The notes under the pieces are model-generated. The model worked only from the letters and a program-made list of their open reading frames with translations, searched no databases and was not told where the DNA came from. A program made the translations under genes and the position numbers. Positions 53,385 through 64,000 of a stretch of DNA of 64,000 nt are shown here, one piece after another. Location: contig MU058844.1 in NCBI GenBank assembly GCA_013265495.1, positions 6,261,260-6,325,259 on the forward strand. Reading direction: 5' to 3'. This stretch comes from Vicugna vicugna (lineage: Eukaryota). The number at the start of each line of letters is the position of its first letter. Positions within the stretch are counted from its first letter, which is position 1.

Positions 53385-54345
53385 AATTAATTAATTTAGT
53401 CAATAAGTACTTGCTGGTAACTTTCCATGTCCAGGCACTATTCTAAGTGTGAATACATATTAATGGAATAGTCAGCATCAGGGAAGTTGTAATTGCATGA
53501 AACAACAGAATAAACAAACAAACAAATATTAGAAAACAATCACTAAAAGAATAGGAAAAAGCAATATAAATAAAAATAACAGAGCAGAAATGAGGAATAG
53601 GTAATTCCTTCAATTAGATAAAAAGCCTAGGGAAAGCCTTTATAAAATGACATGTAAGCTAACATTTAGACAGCAGGGTCTGCAGGCTATGCCCCCTGAT
53701 TTAATATGCACTGAGCTAAGAATGTTTCCTTTTCTAACATTCTGATTTAAAAAAAAAGAAGAAGAAATATTACACATGAAAATTATATAAAATTCAAATA
53801 TTAGTGTCCATAAATCAAGTTTAGTGGAACACAACCACACTTCTTCATTAAAAGCTTTCGCTCTGCAGTGGCTGTGTTGAACAGTGGGGACAGAGACAGT
53901 GTGGCCTGCCTCATGATCATATTTACCGTCTGGCCCTTTACAGAACTTCACTCATCCTTGATCTAGAGATGAGCAGAATTCAGCCTTAGGAAGAGGCAGA
54001 GGGAAGGCCTTCCAGGCAGAGGGATGAGCATGCACAGAAATCCTCAGAGCCAACCAGCAGAACCTTAGTGACGAGTGAAAACGCAGAAAGAAATTAAGAG
54101 GAGAAATGGCCAGGGGCCAGGTCATGTTAAGGTCCCCACGTCAGCCAAGTGTGACTACCATTAAGTGCAAGGGAAGCCCAGGATGGATTTTAAGTAAGGA
54201 ATGACTTGACTGCTTACATTTTGAAAAGATCACCCTAGCTTCTATGTGAAAACTTTAATTAGAAGAAAGCCACAGAAGTTAGAAATCCACATAGAAAGTG
54301 ACTTGCAGGTAAAGGCCGGGAAACAAGTGATCATGGCTTGGTCAA
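53385..54345 (-). mobile_element. L2 3' region interrupted by MER58B
   Basis: 'ttaatttagtcaataagtacttgctgg...ccaggcactattctaagtg' and 'gaaggccttccaggcagaggga...gggaagcccaggatggattttaagtaaggaatgac'. Confidence 0.75.
53674..53960 (+). mobile_element. MER58B-like DNA transposon
   Basis: 'gagctaagaatgtt...catgaaaattatataaaattcaaatattagtgtccataaat...tggaacacaaccac...atatttaccgtctggccctttacagaa'. Confidence 0.8.
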
Positions 54346-54861
54346 TGAATTGCTTGTCACAAGCCCTTGAAGAAAGAAGTCCTGAAGGGAAGAGGAAGCA
54401 TTTGGACATTTCCTATGGCGTTCGTTATTGCCATGACCGTTTAAGCACTGGATCAGGAGACTGGTCTCCGGGAACTGGGTAAATTGGAACTTGCATAATC
54501 AGGGTTTATGGAGCTTTTGTGGTGAGTGGCCTGTGTTAGGAGTTGCAAACCAGGCAGAGGTAGGAGGACCGTGTTACACAACATGTGATGTGTTAGGGTG
54601 GTCAGTCACATGAAATCAAAAAGTGGATTAAAAAAATGGAGGCAGTACAAGAAGCAGTTGTTTACTTATATGATATGCTCTGAACTTTCTAAAACCATGA
54701 CAGGTTATATTTAAAAGTTAAACATTTCTTTTGAGTTAATTCTTACTTTGTAGTTGGCTTTACTCCTTCCATAACTGTAAGTTTAAAAAGCTAAAGCTCT
54801 TAACGTTCTTAGAAACAATGAATAGTACACATATGTAAATTTAAAAATATATGTGCAGTTA

Positions 54862-55398
54862 AAAAAAAAAAGATCTATCAAGCCATGAAAGACATAGAAG
54901 AAACTTAAAAGACATATTACTAAATGAAAGAAGCCAGTCTGAAAAGGCTACAAACTACGATTCCAACCAAATGACATTCTGGAAAAGACAATGCTACAGA
55001 AACAATAAAAAGATCATGGTTTCCAGGGGTTTGGGGAGAGAGAGGGAGAGAGGAATGAATAGATGGAGCACAAGGGATTTTTAGGGCAATGAAATTATTC
55101 TGTATGATGCTATAGTGGTGGCTTCATGTTATTATGCATTTGTCAAAGCCCATAGAATGTACAACATCTAGAGTGAACCCTAATGTAAACTATGGACTTT
55201 GGTTGATAATAATGTACCCATTTTGATTCATCGATTGTACCAAATATGCCACACTGATGAGGGATGTTGAGGATAGGGGAGTATATATGTGTGGGTGGGG
55301 AGGGCGATGTGTAAACTCCATTTTCTGCTCAATTCTGTTGTGAACCTGAAACTGCTCTAAAAGAATAAAGTCTATTAAAAGTAAATAAATAAAATAAA
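54862..55398 (+). mobile_element. L1MC-type 3' UTR with A-rich tail
   Basis: 'aagccatgaaagacatagaagaaactt...gaaagaagccagtctgaaaaggcta...gtgaaccctaatgtaaactatggacttt...gtgaacctgaaactgctctaaaagaataaagtctattaaaa'. Confidence 0.9.
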
Positions 55399-55447
55399 TG
55401 CAAAGATGTTGATCAAGAAAAAAAAGTTAAGCGTTTCCTGGATCATC

Positions 55448-55534
55448 AAGGAAGAAAGAAAGGAAGAGAGGGGAGGGGGACAAGGAAGGATGGAAGGAAG
55501 GAAGGAAGGCAGGCAGGCAGGCAGGCAGGCAGGC
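55448..55534. repeat. Purine-rich (GGAA)n/(GGCA)n microsatellite
   Basis: ggaaggaaggaaggaaggcaggcaggcaggcaggcaggcaggc. Confidence 0.9.
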
Positions 55535-58500
55535 TACAAATATGTCCTCTTCAGAACTCCAGCAAGCTTCTTTGCCATGTGCTTTTTCTTGTTCTTTGAT
55601 TTTAGTTACGCTTCAAACAGCTTTACATGGCCTCTTTTGTTCAGTGAAATAAATTTCATTACTTTTACCTTAACTCACAGCGAAAAAAAAAAAACAGGGA
55701 AGCGTCATAAATCATTTGCAAAGTGCTCTGTAAACTGCATCTTTGGCTCATTTGCCCATTATGTCGTTACGAGAATTTCACTCTGAATATGACCTTCTTT
55801 GGCACACAGAATGCTGAAATCCTTACACCTTGTTGTTGGAAGGAGACTGGTTAAAAACTGTTTGAAGTGATTATCCTCGTTCTTATAATGGAATCACCCA
55901 TAACAGTTTCTCTATTAGGAAAACCTTGCCACTATATATCAAGACCCACTCCTAAAGGTCCTCTTCAAGGAATGCGTTAAAAAAAATGGAACTGATGAAG
56001 AACAGCACATTCAGTACATCACATAGATGTTTCCTTTTGTTGTTGTTAGTACGCTGGGCACATAGTTAAAGTTAATGGGCAATTCATTAGAAGTTTGGAA
56101 CTTGCAGCAGAAAGTAAAGGAGGTGAACCAATTTATACCAACAAAATAAAGGGGTATTTCTGTAGCTGTGAATTAGTTAAAGCAAACGTGTCTAAGCATG
56201 CTTCTAACCCAGAAAGACGTTCAACACAAATTGCCAACGTAAGGTTTGAATGGGAATTGAGAAGAATGCTTCACATTTCAACATAGTATAAGGTGTACAG
56301 TAAAAAGAGTACTGAATTAAGAGTCAAGAATCTAGAATTCCACTCTAATTTGTTAATCCTGAGGCTTTGAGAAGATTCTTAGAAATATGTTCGACCTCAA
56401 TTTTTTGAACAGGAAGATGGAGTAATTTTATTTAATCTGTTTAAATTACAATGACCTGATGTAGCTAAATGAGATGCAGCTAAATGACTGAAAACATAAC
56501 TTCGAAAGTTATTTACACACAATTAAAAAAAATTAACTCATTAAAACCAGCTCCTAGAGTCAATATAGTTACTAATCTATGGCAAGCAAAAAGGTTGAAC
56601 TCTTCTGGGTACAAAGGTCATTGAAATCTTTCCATGGGTGTCTGAGGAGGAGTCAGAGGCATATTAATCATCTATGTAGAGCGTCACTGTTTCTTCTCAT
56701 GTTGACTTCGGAATTGGAAAGGTTGCCCCATCTGCAGGTTAAGCTGAGCTCTCAGACATAAGACAGATGAAGGAGGTTATCAGCAAGGAGTGTGGGGAGG
56801 CCAGCTTATAACTTTGCAGTTCACAACAGGATCTTTTCAAAATTCCACTATAAATGTGGACACATGTACTTTGCATAACTTCTATTTTTTTTCATCTAAC
56901 TTCTAGTTTCCAACATCTATATGGAGTGAGGAAGTGCGGATTTAAAAAGGACCATTTTGAATTGTTCTGTGGCTCTCTGTACCCCACTGGGAGCCAAGGA
57001 CAGAACCGATGCCAAAACCAAACCTGTATGAAAATCAGGACTTGGGGCCAGACGCTAAAACACTCTCTTACAAATAGAAATCACAAATCTTTTCCAAGGT
57101 GACCTGCGTTATACAGAAAATAGAAACCCTTCCTCTTAAGAAACCATAAGAAATCAAGTGCTACCTTTCCAGGCGAGGTTAGACTTGTTTGTGACCTGAA
57201 AGCTGGCAGCAATGGAAAAATCATGTCGAGCTTCAATATGTTACTCACATGGTAGTTTTTCCAAAGGAATAAATGCACATGTGATTCCTACGACCTCATA
57301 TGAGATGTCAAGGTGTTACATTAGAGTGGAAGGCCAGCAAGCCTTTACTGGAAACCTTTCCCACGCAGAGTGCTAAAGATATTGCCCACACCATGTAAAT
57401 AACAAAGTTTTCCAAACGTACAGCTGCCTGCTTTCAACTAAAGCTAAAGCCAGCCTGGCTGTGGAATTTTTGCTGTTTTGACCTCCGATAGCAACAAAAA
57501 CAAGGCATGGATATTGACTTTCAGAGGAAGAGAGCAGGAAGCATTTTCCAGTGAGATTATCCTCGAGGGATATTAAACAGTAAAGAAGCAATGTATATAT
57601 TTAAGCTGCATCTGTAAATAAAAAATTCCTCTGGGACAAACTAAGTAGATGATTAAGTATTTGAAAAACATAAAGCAGACACATGCAACAGGGTCATTAA
57701 ACGCAATGAAAATTAGGCAGAATGGAATAACAATAAACTGAAATTGGCTTGTCTAGCCTAGAAACAAACAGAAGCAAAAGTCTGGAAGCATTCATCCTGC
57801 CTTTGATTAATTTTCACCTCTCAGCACATTTTTAAAAATGACGCTTCCAAAGCCATTTCTTGAGGCAAAAGGTAAAATCCTCAAACTCATATTCTAGCTT
57901 CAGAAAAATTAGCTTTCCCCAAAAGTCTAAGCATTTGAAAAAATTTAAAAATAGCTTTGAAAGATAGTACAAATATTTGACTTATATATTCAACAGATAC
58001 ATATCTTTGGAAGGTAATACAAATATTTTAAATATGCTTGATATATGCCTTTATATTTAATATATATCTTTATATTTAATATATATATCCAGAACATGCT
58101 GTACACAGATACATGTGTATGTGTGTGGTATATATATACATACACACACAGATTTTGGCCAAAAAATAAAAAACGCTGTCATGCACACTTCCATGAACCA
58201 CTGATTAATTGACACAGTCATTCCAACTGACTCAAGTAGCTGTTCATGGACACATCTCAAATATTTGAATTTTTTCCAACTTGGTCCTTGTGCTGGGAAT
58301 GCTCAGTGTAATAGTCAAGATATGGCTCCCTTAACTATTGTCATAAACACAATAATATAAGAAAAAAAATATTCAACCAGACACATCTCTTTTGAAAAAT
58401 ACAGCTGTTACCAAAAAATGTCAGTTGAGCCATCTTAATGCCTGTGGAAAATGGTGACTAGCATAATTTCAAGAGGCATTTTTCAAGGGGAAATTCTTAG

Positions 58501-59179
58501 AGAATAGTTTTTAAGTATTTCCATTGTGCTCATGGATTTTTTTTCCCCCTGTTAACTTGAGTTACTACCTGAAAAAAACTATAAAACATACACCTTCTTA
58601 CTATATTTAAAATATTATTTGTTTTAAATTATGAAGGAATAATGTATTTACTTACACATCCCACTGCAATTGTCTTTTTGTTTTTTGTTTGTCTGTTTGT
58701 TTTGATTTGTCACCAGTTTTATCCAGTGAAGAGAAACTCTGGGCAGTGTAACTGGAAGACTTTGTTTTTATTCTCAGTTCTCGTACTTTAGCCTAGAGAT
58801 CTCTGTCACCTGTCTCTGAGCTTCCAATTTTTCCCACCCACCTACAATCTTGAATTCATATGCTCCCCTCTCCTTTGCGAACTTGTGCTATTAATTATGT
58901 AGTTTCTTACTTTTTTTCACAATCTTTCTCTCTACTGGTTTCCTCCAATGTGTTCTCATAAATATGCTTATTATGTTTCCTTTGCTGAAAACATACAAAC
59001 CAACACAAACATCCACACGTGAAAACAAACTAAGAAACTCTTCCTTGATTTTGTCTCCTCATAACCTACTATCTTGTCTCTTCCTACTTGAGCAATCTCA
59101 AATTCTTTCAAGTCCTCTAAAACTCTGTGCTCTCAAAAACGTTTTGGCATTACATGGCGATATTAAGCATGCTTTTATT

Positions 59180-59790
59180 CAATGACCCAGAATTCCACTC
59201 CCAGCTTAAATACTGCAGAAAAACTTTCACACTCGGGTAACAGTTGACATGCAAGAATTTTTTGAGCTATATTGTTGGTAGAGCAAAATTCTGGAAACAA
59301 ACCTAATGTCTAATAGATGGATAATGAAATTTTGATATCTTTTACTTTGGACAGCTATACAATAATGAACATTAATTGACCTCAGCTGCAAGACTAACCT
59401 GGCTGACTTTCAAAACGTTAAAAAAAAAAAGAAAATCATAAAACAGTATATGTCATATGATTGCATTTACATAAAATTCAGAAATTAATAAAATTTGATA
59501 ATATATGAATTAAAGATATATACACATATATTAATAATATAAAACAAGTAAACAACATACACAAAGTTCATAATCGTAATTATATACACAATACATGTTG
59601 AATATATTATGTATATTTCTACATATATGTATAGGTGTACATTGAAGAAAGGGGGGATACACAAGAATACAAGCAGAGATCTTCAAAATTATTGGTAATG
59701 TTCTATTTCCAATGAAGAAGTTAAGGTGGTAAGTCCATGAAAGTTATCTCTGAATTTTTGTGGGTATGATCTATTTTACAGGTTTTAAAA
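59180..59790 (+). mobile_element. Ancient L1 (L1ME-like) 3' fragment
   Basis: 'atgacccagaattccactcc...aaaattctggaaacaaacctaatgtc...atatgattgcatttacataaaattcagaa...ggtaatgttctatttc'. Confidence 0.7.
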
Positions 59791-59805
59791 ATTTTTTAAT
59801 CTAGT

Positions 59806-59943
59806 TTTTTTCTTTGAGGGGGAGGTAATGAGGTTTATTTATTTATTTATTATTATTATTTTATAATGGAGGTTCTGGAATTTGAACCCAGGACCTCATG
59901 CATGCTAAGCACACACTCTACCGCTGAACAATATACCCTCCCC
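59806..59943 (-). mobile_element. tRNA-Ala-derived SINE (vic-1 type), inner copy
   Basis: 'gggggaggtaatgaggtttatttatttatt...tggaggttctggaatttgaacccaggacctcatgcatgctaagcacacactctaccgctgaacaatataccctcccc'. Confidence 0.9.
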
Positions 59944-59974
59944 TCTAATTTTTTTTTCTTTTTTTATAACACCA

Positions 59975-60108
59975 CTTTATTTTATTTTTTTAGTTGGGGG
60001 GAGGTAATTAGGTTTATTGATTTATTTTTTAATGATGGTATTAGTGACTGAACCCAGGACCTCATGCATACTAGGCACACACTCTACCTCTGAGGTATAC
60101 CCTCCCCC
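59975..60108 (-). mobile_element. tRNA-Ala-derived SINE (vic-1 type), outer copy
   Basis: 'ggggggaggtaattaggtttatt...tgaacccaggacctcatgcatactaggcacacactctacctctgaggtataccctccccc'. Confidence 0.9.
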
Positions 60109-60174
60109 TATTTTACAGTTTAAAAACTCAATGGTCTCTCTGTTTCTATCCTTTTATATATTTATTAGCCAATC

Positions 60175-61275
60175 TTTTCCTTTTTCTTATGCCCCCCACC
60201 AATGTTTGCTGGCTAACTCCAACTTATACCCTGAGTTTTATCTTAGTTATCGCTTCCCTCGGGAGGCTTCCTTGATCTCAATTAGATGAGCTCCTGTAGT
60301 ACATTAGCTCATATTATCTTGTCCTTAGCCTTTCTTAACACTCAGCTGACTTGTTAAATGCCTGCTTACTTCACCAGGCTCTAAACCCCATTAGGAACAT
60401 AGTTCTTGGCACAAAACCTGACAAACAATGAATGATCAATAAATATTTCTTGAGTTGAATTATTCTCTTAAGTAAACTTCTTGTAAGAGCAGTTTATAGT
60501 CATCATGAAAGTTTCTCAGGCCATATTTATTCCTCATTACTCTCAAATATGACTTCTGTCTTCACAAATCTGTTGTGTTTGCTTTCAGAGAGGTCACCAG
60601 TGACCGTTAATAGCCTTTAGTTAGTGTAAGTCCTTAACCAATTTGACCTCTCTGGGATATCTGATACTCCTAAAGAGAACATTTGGTGGTTTGCTTAACC
60701 TTTACTGAACACTCTGTATGTGTCAGAAAATGGGAAAATGCTTCTTTTAGATCGTATGCTGCTTTCACCTAGCGCCTCTACTTCAACTTTTCTTCCCTTC
60801 CTCCTTGAGCTCTGCTTGCTCTCTTGCTCCCAAGTATTGTCCCAGCCCTTCAGTCTTCCTGCTCTGCACACCGTTCTCCCTGATGACTCTCCCTTAGTTC
60901 ACCTAATCGTCATCTCCAACTATAACAAGACCCTTCTCACTGCCCTCTTCTCTAGTCACTCCCACGCCAAGGCAGCTTTCACACTTACCTGTCTTTAAAA
61001 AAAAAAAATCAATTCTTACTCCCTGCTTTAAATTTTGTAATTTCCTCTTATTGGTCACAGGACACAGCTTAAATTCATTAGCCTGAACCATAATGCCTTT
61101 CACAATATCTGACAGACATCCTTCAGGTGTTCCCCTCTGTACCCTGTGCTCCAACCACCCCAAATTATGTGAATTTTTTTCAACACATCCTATACGTCCT
61201 CACGTAGGGGGTTCTACTCATGTTACACTTTATGCTAGAAGTTCCTTTTACTTTGCTTCTTTATTTAGAAAATTC
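60175..61275 (+). mobile_element. L2 relics (two adjacent segments)
   Basis: 'cttccctcgggaggcttccttgat...gatcaataaatatttcttgagttgaat' (tail at about 60460) and 'gaggtcaccagtgacc...tttgacctctctggga...' onward. Confidence 0.65.
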
Positions 61276-64000
61276 TGACATCAATGATCCTAAACTGGGG
61301 GAGAGGAAGTGTCAAAAAACAACTTGTAAAGTCTAATAAAAAAGATATTGCACCCTTTGTCAGATAAATTCATACCTGCATACACAGTTTTACAGAGAAT
61401 TTCGTGGAATTTGCTCGGCCTTATCCAATTTCATGAATGAAAATAATTTAAATGAGTTGAATGTGAAAATACTACATGAATATTCCTCCTTCCACCGAGA
61501 TGGAAAAATCTTGCTATGCATTTTATGACCAATACATAGAACCTAAGTTAAATGGTTTCCAAGGAATTTTGAATAAATTGGCAGCGTTACTAGGTTGATC
61601 CTGTTTTAGAAACAGACGATAGTCTCTAACCGAGTCTGTAGTGTATTAACCAGTTGGCCATTTCATGAAATGGTACAAACATTCCCTAACGTCAAATTAG
61701 AAAGAACAGGAGAGAGTGCTAGGAGCAGTGACGGCCAGAAGACAATCACCTGAGAAAAACAACAGCTCAGCAGGTAAAGACCACACAGATCCAACAAGCC
61801 ATCACCTCTCAACAACTCTCCAGCCTCCTGTTCAACAATTCACCATTCTACAAACATGTATTATGCATTACTCCACGTCAGGCGTTGTTCCAGACAGTAG
61901 GATACACAGAATAACACAGAATAACATAAACACTCTCTCATCTTGAGGTTTCATTACCTGCAAGATTACAGCATTTTTACAACTAGTTTCCCATGAGATA
62001 CATTAAGTGAATGGCATTCCTCTCACACGTACATATACGCTAACATGAGTCAGAGGAGACAGGCTGGCACTACCTACAGTCTGAGTTGGAACATCAGTAT
62101 CCTCAACTCTGATTACCTTGATGAATTTAAAATGCAAAAAGGACACAAAGACATGCTAGCATAGACCCTTCCTATCACTAGGTGATAGGAAACAACAAAT
62201 ACAGTGTTTCAACAAAAGCATGGCATGAGATAATCAATCTGACTCATATATGCGAGCTACTAATTATGATTTTTTGCTGCACTGAGTGTTACGAGGTCTC
62301 TAAAAGCCAATTAACTGCGCAAAAGGAAATACCAGCTGGTTTCAAATGAAGGGAACTCTCTAAGTCTCAGCTGCGCAATCTCCCAACTTTCTGACTTAAT
62401 TCTGCAGCAGCGGTGTAAAGGACACACCCTCATCCCAAAGATGCTGATCACACGTTGGAAGAAATGTGCTCCCCACTGAGCAACCGAACCACAGAACTTT
62501 TTACTGCATCGAAGAGGAAAAATGTGTTCACTGAAACTCAAGTTTAAAATACATAGTTTCTTAAGCTTGATTTCACGTTTTTGATACTTTCACATTTTGA
62601 AAACAAAGCAATGACGTGTGCATAAACACTTTAAAAACGAGGTTAGGGAAAAAAATAAAAGGACTATGAAACAGCAGCTAAAAATCAGACGTGGCTTTCT
62701 TGTTAAGCAGTTTTGAGATGTTCATTTACTTCATATTAAATGCAACTCTGAATTTCCAAAAATCTTTTTTTGAATTTTGTTATTTCCTAAAAGTTAAAAG
62801 CAACAACCAGATTCACACAAAACCTCTATGGCATTATTGAATATGCTTAGAACAGGAAAAATATGCATCTGTGGTTTCTCAGCATTATCTTCAGCTATAC
62901 CTACTTCCACACAGGAAATATAATGAGAGAGTGTATAGCCATAAAACCCACAAAATTAACTTCTCAGGGTGATTCAGTTTTTTTTCAAAGTCATAGAAAA
63001 TGTCCTTTGGATAGTATTATGCAGAGGCCTTTCTGAAGGAAAACTGAAATATAATTTAGTTTCAGTTGTGTTACATAGATCAGCATAAATAAGCAAGTGA
63101 AAGGCAGAAACAAGTAAAATGGAATTTAAGACTTTAAATGATTATGAGGCCTTCGAATTTACAAAATACATGCAGTTATGTTTACTCATTTAATTTTACA
63201 GTCTTAAGAATAATGGAATTTTAATCTCAATTTTACCAATGAGGAAAGTAGGCAAGAAGCCTTGACAGAGCTGAACAAGCAGCTTAAGGTCAAATGTCTT
63301 ACAAGTGTCGGAGTTAGGATTTTCCTATGTACAGTCCAGGACTCGAACCCATTTAACGTGGTGACTGAGAATCTCATCAACAACGGGAAAAATATCAGCC
63401 CTTGAAAAAAAAAAAAAGTCAAAACGAACAACCCATGAGGACAAATCCCCTAAAGTAATTTGCAGGATCCGGAAAGAGCTTGATACCCTGTATGTCATCC
63501 TCTAAGTCCCCTGTGGGCACGATGCTGTTCTCAGTACGTCTCAGTACATACAGAACAATAAATAAAAAACAGATCTTCCTGACATTTTCGGATAGAATGT
63601 AAATTAATAATAGGGAAGTGAAAAACTAAGTTTAGCAAGATTTTGTCATCCCCCTGAGTAACATTAAACCAAAGATAACGACTCTGAATCTGATCATCTA
63701 GCAAGTAGTTCTCCTTCCTAAGAGACACATGGTCTAAATCAGTAACTCTTAATACACATGCCAGGGGAGACCCAGGAGACACTTCACCTGCCATGTTATC
63801 CCACAGCTGCCGCACAGCCATTCCTACCTAATCCGTTACTGCTGGGACCGCAATTCTCCATACACTCAGGCAGTTAGCACACCTCCAGGCCTAGTATTTG
63901 AGAAAGGAATCAAGAGTTCACCCATCAGTGATGTTCGCACACATACTCTGTCTCCTTCCTTTCCTCTAGCTGTCTTCAGGTCATCAAAATAAGCAAACTT

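Noticed and set aside
55406..55786. 126-aa ORF
   Set aside because: Runs through a GGAA/GGCA microsatellite and A-tracts
62169..62191. Resemblance to the tet operator or vector contamination
   Set aside because: Different spacing, single copy, and no vector sequence nearby

Overview
AT-rich, non-coding mammalian genomic DNA, either intergenic or a large intron. It is almost certainly from a camelid (camel or alpaca), because it carries three tRNA-Ala-derived SINEs with the vic-1-type 'aataaacctaattacctccccc' 3' end. No protein-coding gene can be supported. The ORF track is chance ORFs plus a decayed L1 ORF2 remnant. The window is a mosaic of interspersed repeats: L1 3' ends of several ages (two with clear TSDs), many L2 and MIR relics, MaLR/ERV solo LTRs, and hAT DNA transposons (MER3, MER5, MER20, MER58, MER63). 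Repeat-poor stretches between them look regulatory. The strongest is at about 5.0-7.7 kb, with CpG enrichment, divergent CTCF-like motifs, an NRF1-like site and minus-strand splice signals. The clearest unusual event is a TSD-flanked, tailless retrocopy of a tRNA-Gly 5' half at 35845-35880. Others are nested insertions and small inverted or direct repeat structures. I see no evidence of a novel multi-gene system. Repeat family calls come from recalled consensus sequences, and their boundaries are approximate.
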